A stretch of DNA of 51,153 bases from a virus (Duplodnaviria > Heunggongvirae > Uroviricota > Caudoviricetes). Shown here one piece after another: positions 35,796-44,953 of the stretch. The notes below the pieces were generated by a model. That model was not told where the DNA came from and made no database searches. It saw only the letters and a list, made by a program, of their open reading frames with translations. Location of the stretch: the IMG/VR virus record IMGVR_UViG_637000105_000004. One strand, given 5' to 3'. Positions within the stretch are counted from its first letter, which is position 1; each line of letters starts with the position of its first letter. A program made the position numbers and the translations under genes.

Positions 35796-36548
35796 TTATC
35801 TCGTCACTTTTCTTAATTGCACCTCAGCATATGCTTCTTCCTGCCAGCACTTTGTAACCAGTTTATCAATGACATCTGCATATCCTTTGTACCACTGATA
35901 ATCAGTCAGGTCTGGTACCAGCTTCTGGACATGACACCGCGCCAGTGTCGTTGGTAAACGACTAAACCGGTTTCCATTGCAACGCCCACAAATCTTATAA
36001 ACAGGCGCGCCATGAAGCCGGGTCCTTTTTTCATCCAGGACAATACCTTTACCCTTACACCCTCTGCACGCTGTGCTGACTTCTCCCTTACCATGACAAT
36101 GCTGACATAGTTCCTTCACCCACTCTTCCTTGATAACAGACTCCCCGCTTCTGGAGTATTTCACCACTTCGCGCAATACATTATGAAATCCAGTACCAGC
36201 ACAAGGCTCACAGCGAGCCTTACTTGCCGCAGACCTGGAATAATCAGCAAAGGCAAAACTCACAAGGTAAGGGATGATCTGTAACCGGATTTCTTCACTC
36301 AATTTGTTCAATGTCGGGTTATCCAGTGCCATCGCGTAATTGAGCAGACCTTCAATCGCAAACTGAGGATCCTGAACGCCAGCTTTTGCCAGGAATAAGG
36401 CAAACCCAAGCGGTGCTTTCGACTGCACCATCCCCTGCGCAGCCATCACATCCGTAATCGTTAAACCACCTGAGCCTGTCGCCGGTGCGGCATCACTCAA
36501 TTTTGGAGATTTTGGGGAGTAATATTTTGGTAAGGCTTCAAGGTTCAT
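35796..36548 (-). CDS. Q: Late gene antiterminator Q (about 250 aa)
   Basis: From MNLEALPKYYSPKSPKLSD with GGAGAA Shine-Dalgarno; Cys-rich zinc-binding region (CEPCAGTG, CQHCHGKG, CRGCKGKG); position upstream of lysis genes. Confidence 0.8.
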   Translation of the reverse strand: MNLEALPKYYSPKSPKLSDAAPATGSGGLTITDVMAAQGMVQSKAPLGFALFLAKAGVQDPQFAIEGLLNYAMALDNPTLNKLSEEIRLQIIPYLVSFAFADYSRSAASKARCEPCAGTGFHNVLREVVKYSRSGESVIKEEWVKELCQHCHGKGEVSTACRGCKGKGIVLDEKRTRLHGAPVYKICGRCNGNRFSRLPTTLARCHVQKLVPDLTDYQWYKGYADVIDKLVTKCWQEEAYAEVQLRKVTR

Positions 36549-36561
36549 GCTCGTTCTCCAC

Positions 36562-37557
36562 TTACGCCAGTACGCCAATTGCCAGCGCACGATCGATAAA
36601 ACGAAATATCAGCTCCAGTTGGGAGCCATACTTCTCTTCAAATGTCACGGTATCCGCATGCAGCTCGTCGTGATGCTTTCTGCACAAAGGCAACACAAAG
36701 AGATCATGCGCTTTTGTACCCATTCCACCCTGACCGTGGCCTATCAGGTGGTGGGGATCATCAGCTGGCTTTCCACAACATGCGCACGGCTGCGTCTTAA
36801 CCCAGCGCGTGTACTTTTCATTAACCCAGCGGCGACGTTTGGGGCGTAACATAAAAGACTCCGGCGACTCCGGATCCACTTTCAGCGCCAGCACCTTTTT
36901 CGCTTTATCCTGGATGATGCTGGTGGCAGGAACCGAAGGCACAAGGTCACTTTCCCGGGTGACAGATGGCACAACAGGCTTCGGTAATCTCAGTGCCTTA
37001 CGGGCTGCACTTTCCGGTAAGGCATCCGCCAAATCATTACGAACCAGCCACCAGCACAGTTCCGGCATTGTCACAACGTGACTGTCATCAAAACCGAGAT
37101 CCCGACGCACGACAGACAACACCCAGCGGGCACAGTTATCCGTTGCCATTGATTCCAGCCGTTCCGTGAACTGGTCACGCAGCTGGTTATCGCAGTGCCA
37201 GCACAGACGAATTGCTCCCGGAGCGTGCCGCATTGTGGTCATGTTCTCGCTGTGCCAGTCGGAATGAGGCCACTGACAGCCCTTTTCACGAAGTAACCAG
37301 CTTTCAAGACATTCCACGCCACCAGCACGACGGATCACTGCCTCATTGCGGAACACGGCCCGAACGGCAGGATCATCCGCCAGCGGTTGTGATGCCGCCG
37401 GAACGGCACCACTGGCGAAAGATGAATAACGTTCCGGCTCAGGCTCCAGCAGGACACGCCCCTGCATAAACAGGGGCATCAGCTCTGAACCTGGCCTGAA
37501 CAATACAATCCCCATACGCGGGGCAATTTCAGGGGTCAGTAGTGCTCTCACGGTCAC
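36562..37557 (-). CDS. DUF968 / YdfU-like protein (331 aa)
   Basis: Cys/His-rich C-terminus (CACCGKPADDPHHLIGHGQGGMGTKAHD, CRKHHDELH); resembles Qin YdfU from memory. Confidence 0.7.
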   Translation of the reverse strand: MTVRALLTPEIAPRMGIVLFRPGSELMPLFMQGRVLLEPEPERYSSFASGAVPAASQPLADDPAVRAVFRNEAVIRRAGGVECLESWLLREKGCQWPHSDWHSENMTTMRHAPGAIRLCWHCDNQLRDQFTERLESMATDNCARWVLSVVRRDLGFDDSHVVTMPELCWWLVRNDLADALPESAARKALRLPKPVVPSVTRESDLVPSVPATSIIQDKAKKVLALKVDPESPESFMLRPKRRRWVNEKYTRWVKTQPCACCGKPADDPHHLIGHGQGGMGTKAHDLFVLPLCRKHHDELHADTVTFEEKYGSQLELIFRFIDRALAIGVLA

Positions 37558-37558
37558 C

Positions 37559-38356
37559 TCAATGAACGGTATCGAGCAGCTTTAACAGCTCAGGGAATCG
37601 GGATTCGAAGAAATGCGGCTGCGTCTCGCGCGGATTTGCGGGACTGGTGATGTTCTTGCCGAACATGCAACCTTTCGCTGTCAGCGACCAGAATTTTTTG
37701 ATGTTGTTAATCGCGGTACGGCTGTATCGTTCGCGCTGCTCGACGATCCCCAGTTTCACCATCTGGTGATATGCCTGATTAACCGTCAGGCGGATACCAT
37801 ACTGTTTCAGCAGTGCACTCAGTGACAGTGTCGGGCGACTTGAGCCATCGTGTGCATCAGCAGGAGCATCAATGGCATAGCGCGGTGCCAGATTCGGTAA
37901 GCCAACAGCCTCCTGGAGTTTCTGACAGGCACCAAGCACTGATGAGTTAGACAGGTTTAATTCCCGGCGCATAAAGTCCAGCAGGATCACGCCAGCCTGC
38001 ATCTTGTCAGCAGCCTGCCCGGATAATTTTTCCGGTGTGCTGGTTACCATATCGAAAGTACGGATCACCTTCAGATGGAATGACGGGCTGATCCACATTG
38101 CATAGGCATACACCAGTTCTTTGCAGACATACGTCCCCTGGTTATTTCCGCCACGAATAACGTTAACTGGCTCTATATTGACCGAGTTGCAAATCTGCAA
38201 CTCGCTTATTAAACGTTCAGTTTGCTCATTGCGGAGCCAGAATGCAGGCTTATGCTTATCCAGAGAACCGGCAGCCCTGTGCAGATCGTTCAGGCTGTAA
38301 CGCCCATAAGCATCACGACGAACTTCAATACCATCAATAACCATCAGATTATTCAT
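37559..38356 (-). CDS. KilA-N domain protein (265 aa)
   Basis: N-terminus MNNLMVIDGIEVRRDAYGRYSLNDLHRAAG typical of KilA-N. Confidence 0.75.
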   Translation of the reverse strand: MNNLMVIDGIEVRRDAYGRYSLNDLHRAAGSLDKHKPAFWLRNEQTERLISELQICNSVNIEPVNVIRGGNNQGTYVCKELVYAYAMWISPSFHLKVIRTFDMVTSTPEKLSGQAADKMQAGVILLDFMRRELNLSNSSVLGACQKLQEAVGLPNLAPRYAIDAPADAHDGSSRPTLSLSALLKQYGIRLTVNQAYHQMVKLGIVEQRERYSRTAINNIKKFWSLTAKGCMFGKNITSPANPRETQPHFFESRFPELLKLLDTVH

Positions 38357-38375
38357 ACTTCGTTTCTCCTCTTAA

Positions 38376-38765
38376 TCAGGCGGCTGCACCCGCCGGTTTC
38401 TCATACTTACTGATAGTGATCTCGACCTTCCCTTCCGGGATAACCGGTCCCCACTCCACCAGCATTCTTTTCACCTGACTGTCGTCTTCCCACACACCCA
38501 CGTGGGTCAGGGCGTCAAACAGCGCCTTGTTATAGTTGTCCAGATCGCGGATCCGGTTATCCGGAGGAAACAACACGATCTCCACTGAAGCAGGTGCCGA
38601 CGTTGGTTTCGGCAGACGACGTAACTGCTCAACTATTGCTGCGCACGCCGCGCTCTGGAATTTTCGCCCCGCCGCGCTTATCAGGCTCTTACCAGCAAAC
38701 GCCCCTTTGTTAGGGTGTCGCCAGTACGTGTTCACGCTGGGCGGAAAAGGCAGGATCAGCTTCAT
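38376..38765 (-). CDS. rusA: Holliday junction resolvase RusA (129 aa)
   Basis: MKLILPFPPSVNTYWRH...DLDNYNKALFDALTHVGVWEDDSQV RusA motifs. Confidence 0.9.
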   Translation of the reverse strand: MKLILPFPPSVNTYWRHPNKGAFAGKSLISAAGRKFQSAACAAIVEQLRRLPKPTSAPASVEIVLFPPDNRIRDLDNYNKALFDALTHVGVWEDDSQVKRMLVEWGPVIPEGKVEITISKYEKPAGAAA

Positions 38766-39088
38766 ACTTTCAGGCCCCTCTCATGTAACCAGTGGGCTGC
38801 ACGCAGCCTGGCGTTTTCCTCACCGGCAAGCAGTGCGCAGATAATCCCGACCGCCTCGCTGTCGTCGTCCTTCACAGCGGTATGAAGCGTTATCCCCCGT
38901 GCCACGCCACGCTTTATCGTGATGACGCCTTTTTTCTCCAGTGCGCGAAGATGCTCCACCGCTGCATTCACCGAACGGTATCCCAGCATGGTTGCCACCT
39001 CCTGATTGGTTGGCGGGAAGCCACGTTCTTTCTGGTAAGAAATCAGCATATCCAGCACCTGCTGCTGGCATTGAGTTAACGTCGTCAT
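38762..39088 (-). CDS. LexA N-terminal DNA-binding-domain-like protein (108 aa) lacking a peptidase domain
   Basis: MTTLTQCQQQVLDMLISYQKERGFPPTNQEVATMLGYRSVNAAVEHLRALEKKGVITIKRGVARGITL aligns with the LexA winged HTH; start overlaps upstream stop (TAATG). Confidence 0.7.
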   Translation of the reverse strand: MTTLTQCQQQVLDMLISYQKERGFPPTNQEVATMLGYRSVNAAVEHLRALEKKGVITIKRGVARGITLHTAVKDDDSEAVGIICALLAGEENARLRAAHWLHERGLKV

Positions 39089-39582
39089 TAAGCCCCCACG
39101 TAATTCCCTGACAGATACCACTCTTCACCCGATACAGCGCGCTTGCTGCTTTTCCGTAAACACCGCTCACGACGCGCAAGAAAATTGTTTCGCTCTTGCT
39201 GGGAGTGGCTTTCACGGAATGCCGCCATCCACACCGTTGCAGCACGACGGTATAAGCCCCTGGACTCCAGTTCTTCCGCCTGGCGGGTCAGGCACAAAAT
39301 CACCCGGGGATCGTTAGTGCCGACATAGAAATTGCGCACAGGTCTGGATTCACGAACTGGTTGCGGTTCCGGCTCCTGCGGTATCTCAGTCAGCCGCGGG
39401 AAATGTCTGCGTGTATCCCCTTCACAACGGTGAGCCACACGCCCACTCTGACGTAACTTGCTTGCTGACTGCAGAACGCGCTGTCGTGAGTAACCTGCAA
39501 AAGCATCCGCAATGTCTCCGGAAGTACACCCCGGATGGGCTTCAATGAATTTCTGAACGTCATTCAAAAGACTCATGATCAC
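39088..39582 (-). CDS. Hypothetical regulatory-type protein (164 aa)
   Basis: ORF translationally coupled to neighbours; basic C-terminus; no confident family. Confidence 0.55.
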   Translation of the reverse strand: MIMSLLNDVQKFIEAHPGCTSGDIADAFAGYSRQRVLQSASKLRQSGRVAHRCEGDTRRHFPRLTEIPQEPEPQPVRESRPVRNFYVGTNDPRVILCLTRQAEELESRGLYRRAATVWMAAFRESHSQQERNNFLARRERCLRKSSKRAVSGEEWYLSGNYVGA

Positions 39583-40520
39583 CCCCTGAATCCTGCCGGG
39601 ATCTGGCTGTAGTCCACATTGTCGTAACTGGCTTTGAAGTACGGGTCTTCGCGTTTTTCTGTGTACGTGCTGACGGACGGCGATAAGCGCAGGGAAAGCT
39701 CATCCCATTTTTCCCGCAGCTTCGACGGGCTGAGCACGTTACGGCACCAGAACGGATCGCGGCTGACGCGGCTGTACATCTCGCAGATTTGTTTGTGAGT
39801 ACGACCATCCTGCACACACATCAGGCGAATTTCGTTTGCCCAGGCTGTCCAGTTCGGTTCTTTGGGACGAACCACCTCGCCGTCACATTCGGCAGCCTGC
39901 TCGTACAGGGCGATGATTTTTTTCCAGAGCCACTGTGCGCAGGTCAAATCATCCTGCGTCCCCCACTGGCGTTTTTTAGGGCTGAATACAACCGCATCAG
40001 GATGGCGAGTTAAAAAATCCTGTTCAGCCGTCTGCGTGTCCGGTTGCGAAGAGTCCGGACGAGAAGGTTTTTTATCTGACGGATCATGTTTTGATTTTAC
40101 TGACGGATCCCCGCCAGATTCTGACGGGTGAAAACCCGCTTTTTTGCCAGATTTCGACGCATCAAATTTTGACGGGTCAGATTTTGATGCGTCAGATTTT
40201 GACGGGTCAGAATCTGACAGTTGAGAAAATGCCGCTGCCTGAAGCTTCGCAACGTTAAGCTGATAAACATTCGACGCATTGCGGTTACCCTGGCGACGCG
40301 CCTTACGCGTTAACCAGCCTTCTGCTTCCAGCCGTGCGATAGCCGTTCTGACGGTACTCATCCCCGCGCCAATCTGGCGTGCAATGGTTTCAATCGATGG
40401 CCAGCACACACCTTCGTCATTACTGAAATCAGCCAGGCGGGCCATAATTGCCACGCTGGATAATTTCATGCCTGACGCTGCGCAACCATCCCATACATAG
40501 CCGGTTAATTTAGTGCTCAT
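39579..40520 (-). CDS. Replication initiator (O-like, HTH N-terminal domain) containing ori iterons in its coding sequence (313 aa)
   Basis: N-terminal HTH (SIETIARQIGAGMSTVRTAIARLEAEGWL); internal SDPSKSDASKSDPSKFDASKS repeat encoded by DNA iterons. Confidence 0.7.
   Translation of the reverse strand: MSTKLTGYVWDGCAASGMKLSSVAIMARLADFSNDEGVCWPSIETIARQIGAGMSTVRTAIARLEAEGWLTRKARRQGNRNASNVYQLNVAKLQAAAFSQLSDSDPSKSDASKSDPSKFDASKSGKKAGFHPSESGGDPSVKSKHDPSDKKPSRPDSSQPDTQTAEQDFLTRHPDAVVFSPKKRQWGTQDDLTCAQWLWKKIIALYEQAAECDGEVVRPKEPNWTAWANEIRLMCVQDGRTHKQICEMYSRVSRDPFWCRNVLSPSKLREKWDELSLRLSPSVSTYTEKREDPYFKASYDNVDYSQIPAGFRG
40091..40220. repeat. Tandem ~15-16-bp iterons (putative replication origin)
   Basis: Six or more copies of CAGATTTTGACGGGT-like units in tandem inside the initiator gene. 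Confidence 0.75.
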
Positions 40521-40529
40521 GACCGACCT

Positions 40530-40868
40530 CTATTTCCCTGAATTTACGACGAAACTGTTCGAGCGGGCTGAAGCACTCATGCTCATAGCCTTCGCGGAGG
40601 TAGATAACACGTTGTGTTTCCGGCTCCCAACGAATGACTCTGACGGGCACTCCGTAGTGATCTTTGAACCAGCGGTTAACTTGTCGCAAAGGACTGTCTC
40701 CTTCTGCCGGTTGAAATCACCCACAGCCCACTCTGCAAAGCTGTGGGTTACAATTTCCCTGTCACCTGGTACATTTACTGCATAGCAATACTCCACCTTC
40801 GCTTTTCCACCCGGTACAGGAAGCGCAATCAGTTGCGAGCGACGGTAGTGTGTTGTTAAACTGTTCAT
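40530..40868 (-). CDS. Hypothetical protein (112 aa)
   Basis: ORF between CII-like gene and initiator; Ser-rich C-terminal part is low-complexity, so gene model is uncertain. Confidence 0.4.
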   Translation of the reverse strand: MNSLTTHYRRSQLIALPVPGGKAKVEYCYAVNVPGDREIVTHSFAEWAVGDFNRQKETVLCDKLTAGSKITTECPSESFVGSRKHNVLSTSAKAMSMSASARSNSFVVNSGK

Positions 40869-41473
40869 GCGTTAGTTTCTCCACAGTCACGACACGCCAC
40901 GGCGCCCGGAGCTGCACACTCGCGGGCGTCACTACTTTCTGAAACGCAAAAGATTTTGTAGACCAGTGCTGCATGCTCCTGCAGCTTCGAAATTGAGAGG
41001 TACAGCTCATCGTTAATTGCTGTCTTCTCATGCGGTTCCACTACACCGTCTTCAATTGCTGAACGAATCTGTTTTGAATAACTGCCGATCTGTTCAATGA
41101 CTTCCAGCAGGCGTTGGTTGATATCGGCGTTGTCCACATCCTCGACGTCAGGAAGAGACACAAAGACGCCATTTGCAGACTGCGCCACTGCGTCAGCAAT
41201 GAAGTGAGTTCCACCAGCACGTTGCAAAATCATTGCCCATCCCAGCGGGAAAATCTGATCGCCATCGGCACGAAGGCGGTTAAATAATGCGTTCTCTGTT
41301 ACATCCAGCCAGTCAGCTGCTTCAGCGTAACCACCCGGCAACTTTGCGATAGTTTTTCTGACAGCTTTCACGTACCACTCAGGCTGTTTTTCTACTTTCC
41401 AGTGATGCTTACCCACGGTTAGCCTCATCGTTCTGTGGTTTCTGTTAATCGATTTATCCATTAGATTTTTCAT
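40865..41473 (-). CDS. Putative early regulatory protein (CII/CP76-like or YdaT-like, about 200 aa)
   Basis: ORF directly after cro-like gene with overlapping start; family assignment is tentative. Confidence 0.45.
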   Translation of the reverse strand: MKNLMDKSINRNHRTMRLTVGKHHWKVEKQPEWYVKAVRKTIAKLPGGYAEAADWLDVTENALFNRLRADGDQIFPLGWAMILQRAGGTHFIADAVAQSANGVFVSLPDVEDVDNADINQRLLEVIEQIGSYSKQIRSAIEDGVVEPHEKTAINDELYLSISKLQEHAALVYKIFCVSESSDARECAAPGAVACRDCGETNA

Positions 41474-41654
41474 AAAGCTCAGGTTTAAATGGCAACCGTC
41501 CGCAAGTTCTATATGCAGCTTCTGCTGCACGTCCTTTTGGAATTAACTGGCCCGGACGGTTTCGCCACTGATAAACGGCTTCAGTTGTTATGCCGAAAAA
41601 AGCAGCAACTTTCTCAATACTGCCGAAGTAGCTTTCGATATCGTCAGTTGTCAT
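41454..41654 (-). CDS. Cro-like HTH regulator (66 aa)
   Basis: Small HTH protein (AAFFGITTEAVYQWRNR) divergent from the repressor gene. Confidence 0.8.
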   Translation of the reverse strand: MTTDDIESYFGSIEKVAAFFGITTEAVYQWRNRPGQLIPKGRAAEAAYRTCGRLPFKPELYEKSNG

Positions 41655-41751
41655 ACGCCCTCCAAACTAAGTTTTGTTAGATGCTAATTACAAATCTATC
41701 TTTGGTCAATAAAAACTAAGATTACTTAGCAATTAAAGAAATGGTGCTCCT
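41655..41751. promoter_or_regulatory. Immunity-region operator/promoter (OR-like) between cro-like and repressor genes
   Basis: 97-bp divergent intergenic region with repeated AACTAAG / CTAAG-N4-CTTAG / TTAG-N3-CTAA dyads. Confidence 0.65.
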
Positions 41752-42378
41752 ATGGAAACGGTTGGTCAGCGTATAAAAGCTCTGAGAAGAGTTACCAGAA
41801 CGTCCCAGAAAGAATTGGGTAAATTTTGTGGAGTAAGCGACGTTGCTGTGGGGTACTGGGAGAAAGACATCAATACCCCTGGCGGGGAGGCACTTTCGAA
41901 ATTAGCGAAGTTCTTCAATACGTCAATAGATTACATTCTTTATGGTGCTGAGTTTGAAGGCAAACTCGTCACAAACATGCGCAGAGTTCCTGTAATATCG
42001 TGGGTTCAGGCTGGGCAGTTTACTGAGTGCAGGGCAGCAGAAGTGTTTAGTGAAGTGGACAAGTGGGTAGATACATCATTAAAGGTTGGTGATAACTCAT
42101 TTGCATTAGAGGTTAAAGGTGACTCCATGACTAACCCTAATGGCCTCCCAACAATACCAGAAGGCGCAACAGTGATTGTAGATCCAGATGCAGAACCTCG
42201 TCATGGAAAAATAGTCATCGCTCGACTTGATGGAACAAACGAAGCTACAGTAAAAAAATTAGTCATCGATGGCCCTCAAAAGTTTTTAGTGCCATTAAAT
42301 CCTCGGTATCCCAACATCCCTATCAATGGTAATTGCCTTATCATTGGTGTAGTCAAAGGAGTTCAATACGAACTCTAA
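41752..42378 (+). CDS. CI-like repressor (HTH plus S24 LexA-type peptidase domain, 208 aa)
   Basis: N-terminal HTH (RTSQKELGKFCGVSDVAVGYWE) and C-terminal autocleavage domain with GDSM Ser and a downstream Lys. Confidence 0.9.
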   Translation: METVGQRIKALRRVTRTSQKELGKFCGVSDVAVGYWEKDINTPGGEALSKLAKFFNTSIDYILYGAEFEGKLVTNMRRVPVISWVQAGQFTECRAAEVFSEVDKWVDTSLKVGDNSFALEVKGDSMTNPNGLPTIPEGATVIVDPDAEPRHGKIVIARLDGTNEATVKKLVIDGPQKFLVPLNPRYPNIPINGNCLIIGVVKGVQYEL

Positions 42379-42384
42379 GATCTC

Positions 42385-42470
42385 TCTTCTCTAACTAAGG
42401 CACCGAACTAAGAAAAGTTTGGTGTTTTCTCTTGCCATGATAACTAAGTTAAGTTAGATTTTATATCAAA
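42385..42470 (+). promoter_or_regulatory. Putative OL/pL-like operator-promoter region downstream of the repressor gene
   Basis: Three more AACTAAG heptamers (42393, 42406, 42442) plus TTGCCA and TAGATT hexamers with 17-bp spacing. Confidence 0.45.
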
Positions 42471-42542
42471 GATAACGAACAGGCAGGACGCCCACGAAGT
42501 AGCCGCCTGGGGCATATGAAGTCCAGGATGATTCGTTAGCAA

Positions 42543-42568
42543 CAAAAAAGCGCCCTATAGGACGCTTC
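42543..42568 (-). terminator. Rho-independent terminator after the 42594-43106 gene
   Basis: Minus strand agcgtcctatagggcgct followed by tttttgttg. Confidence 0.6.
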
Positions 42569-42580
42569 GCTCTTTAACAA
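42569..42580 (+). promoter_or_regulatory. boxA-like element (GCTCTTTAACAA)
   Basis: Exact 12-mer matching the rrn/nut boxA consensus as recalled, on the strand transcribed from the putative pL. Confidence 0.4.
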
Positions 42581-42593
42581 TCTGGATGACTTA

Positions 42594-43106
42594 TTACTCA
42601 GATTTGAACTTTGGTTCTGGCAAAAGAGGAGGAGTTGAGTCCTCGAATCGTAGCCAGTGCTCCCAGATATCGTGGGATTGTAATTCCAGAAGACCAATTT
42701 GACGTGATGCAACTGCAGTGCCAGCTATAGTTCCTCCTACATAATCAACCTGGACGGACTTTGACGCTTTCTCAATTAATTCTGTCCAAGCTTCACTTTC
42801 CGCGTTAAAAGAAGCAGTTAATTCCTGCAGACGCTGTGGATCATCCTTGTTGTCTTGTTTCAAACGATTCAGGGCGGCCACCGAATACTTATTCTTAACC
42901 CAACTAACCTGAGCTAACTGAACTCTCTGACAAGCGTCCATATCAGTAGTTGTTTCCTGAGGCATATCAAAGCAGGAAATAAAAAAAGTCTCAACACCAT
43001 CATTTAGACTACTGCTCGGCTGGTTCAAAGCATCAGAAGCATTGGATGCTATCGGTATTATCAGTGCTACCGACAGAATCAAACGTTTAACATAAATCGC
43101 TCCCAT
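42594..43106 (-). CDS. Secreted protein with signal peptide (DUF1311/LprI-like, 170 aa)
   Basis: N-terminal signal sequence VKRLILSVALIIPIASNA; moron-like position and orientation. Confidence 0.65.
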   Translation of the reverse strand: MGAIYVKRLILSVALIIPIASNASDALNQPSSSLNDGVETFFISCFDMPQETTTDMDACQRVQLAQVSWVKNKYSVAALNRLKQDNKDDPQRLQELTASFNAESEAWTELIEKASKSVQVDYVGGTIAGTAVASRQIGLLELQSHDIWEHWLRFEDSTPPLLPEPKFKSE

Positions 43107-43129
43107 TTAATTATCCCCTCTAAGAACAG

Positions 43130-43560
43130 AGTCATCCAGATTAGCCGAATCCTTGTTGTTGGGGAATAACCAGGCCCACCTCGCCTGATGTGGCTAAAAG
43201 CAGGCACATAACAGCTAAGTATTTTCAACCAGAGAGAATCCTTAGCGTTGTGGTGAATGCGGCTCAGCGCACGCGGGTTAAGGTTGAGGCTGACAGTCGA
43301 CCTTCTGTGGATACCCACCCGCCTGGTGTGCAACCTTCGCCAGGCACCGGGAGGCCCCGGCACCACAACTTTATGCTGTGTGTAGTCCTGGCGGTACCAG
43401 CTTGTACCCTTGCTTCCGGCTGGTACCGCTCTTTTTACAAAACAGAGAAGAGCATCACCGGACGACGGGCTCATAACCCAATCCACCCGGGCGGCTGCCA
43501 CCGCAGGTGTTCTTCTCTGTTTTGTGGAGAAACCAACCGACCTTGCAGGGTCGATATGAT
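43130..43560 (+). other. GC-rich, highly structured non-coding segment (candidate cis-acting RNA or ncRNA)
   Basis: No credible protein in any frame despite open frames; perfect 15-bp long-range inverted repeat 43437-43451 / 43511-43525 and several local hairpins. Confidence 0.45.
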
Positions 43561-43573
43561 GAGGAGCAGCAAA

Positions 43574-43936
43574 ATGGCTAGCGAACGCAGTACCAACGTG
43601 CAGGAATTTATCGGGGAGCTGGACGGCGGCGTATTTGAAACCAAAATCGGCGCAGTTCTCAGTGAAGTCGCTTCCGGTGTGATGAACACGAAAACCAAAG
43701 GTAAGGTCTCGCTCAACCTGGAAATCGAACCGTTTGATGAGAACCGTGTGAAAATAAAACACAAACTCTCATATGTTCGTCCGACTAACCGCGGGAAAAT
43801 TTCCGAAGAAGACACCACCGAAACGCCGATGTATGTCAATCGCGGTGGTCGCCTGACTATTCTGCAGGAAGACCAGGGACAATTACTGACTCTTGCCGGT
43901 GAACCTGACGGAAAACTCCGCGCAGCAGGTCATTAA
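43574..43936 (+). CDS. YfdP-like protein (120 aa)
   Basis: AGGAG Shine-Dalgarno 9 nt upstream of ATG; followed by YfdQ- and YfdR-like genes as in CPS-53. Confidence 0.65.
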   Translation: MASERSTNVQEFIGELDGGVFETKIGAVLSEVASGVMNTKTKGKVSLNLEIEPFDENRVKIKHKLSYVRPTNRGKISEEDTTETPMYVNRGGRLTILQEDQGQLLTLAGEPDGKLRAAGH

Positions 43937-44001
43937 TATCGTTCTTAATTAACTGATTATTTATCTCATCACTGAATATCTTTATATAGTGAGGACTTAT
44001 T

Positions 44002-44826
44002 ATGTCTCAGAACTTAGACGCAACCGCAATTAATCAAATCCATGCCCTTATTTCTGCTCAGGGTGTTAATGAAATTATCAGTAAGATTGGTGCCGACGCA
44101 GTGGCATTACCTGAAAATTTCCGCATTCATGATCTGGAAAAATTTAATTTAAATCGCTTCCGTTTCCGTGGTGCGCTTTCCACTGCCAGCATCGATGACT
44201 TTACCCGTTATTCTAAAGATCTTGCGGATGAAGGCACCCGCTGCTTTATCGATGCCGATAATATGCGTGCCGTCAGTGTGCTTAACCTGGGTACTATTGA
44301 TGAGCCTGGTCACGCAGATAACACCGCCACTCTCAAACTGAAAAAGACAGCACCGTTCTCTGCTCTGTTGTCTGTTAACGGCGAGCGTAACTCCCAGAAG
44401 TCACTGGCAGAATGGATTGAAGACTGGGCCGACTACCTTGTGGGCTTTGATGCTAATGGTGATGCCATTCAGGCAACAAAAGCGGCTGCGGCAGTCCGTA
44501 AAATCACGATTGAAGCAAACCAGACCGCTGATTTTGAAGACAATGACTTCAGCGGCAAACGCTCCCTGATGGAGTCTGTCGAAGCGAAGACCAAAGATAT
44601 TATGCCAGTGGCATTTGAATTTAAATGCGTTCCGTTTGAAGGCCTGAAAGAACGTCCGTTTAAATTACGCCTCAGCATTATCACTGGCGATCGTCCTGTA
44701 CTGGTTCTGCGCATTATTCAGCTGGAAGCAGTGCAGGAAGAAATGGCTAACGAATTTCGTGATCTGCTTGTTGAGAAATTCAAGGACAGCAAAGTAGAAA
44801 CCTTTATTGGTACTTTTACCGCCTGA
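44002..44826 (+). CDS. YfdQ-like protein (DUF2303-like, 274 aa)
   Basis: Length and neighbourhood match YfdQ from memory. Confidence 0.7.
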   Translation: MSQNLDATAINQIHALISAQGVNEIISKIGADAVALPENFRIHDLEKFNLNRFRFRGALSTASIDDFTRYSKDLADEGTRCFIDADNMRAVSVLNLGTIDEPGHADNTATLKLKKTAPFSALLSVNGERNSQKSLAEWIEDWADYLVGFDANGDAIQATKAAAAVRKITIEANQTADFEDNDFSGKRSLMESVEAKTKDIMPVAFEFKCVPFEGLKERPFKLRLSIITGDRPVLVLRIIQLEAVQEEMANEFRDLLVEKFKDSKVETFIGTFTA

Positions 44827-44953
44827 TTTCATTACTGCAAATGCCCCTGCGGGGGCATTTATGGAAACGTAATTGACTCAATAATCGCCGGATGGTGAGG
44901 GCTTTCTTTTACCAGAATTCAGCGCGGTGCAGCGCATATACGTGGAGAACAAA

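Noticed and set aside
36485-36673. Small plus-strand ORFs overlapping the Q / DUF968 gene junction
   Set aside because: Short antisense frames within translationally coupled minus-strand genes; no independent support.
43190-43936. 248-aa extended ORF (and 227-aa minus-strand ORF 43079-43762) spanning the GC-rich segment
   Set aside because: The upstream translation is not protein-like, the downstream gene has its own strong Shine-Dalgarno at 43560-43573, and the region is dominated by inverted repeats; treated as non-coding with the gene starting at 43574.
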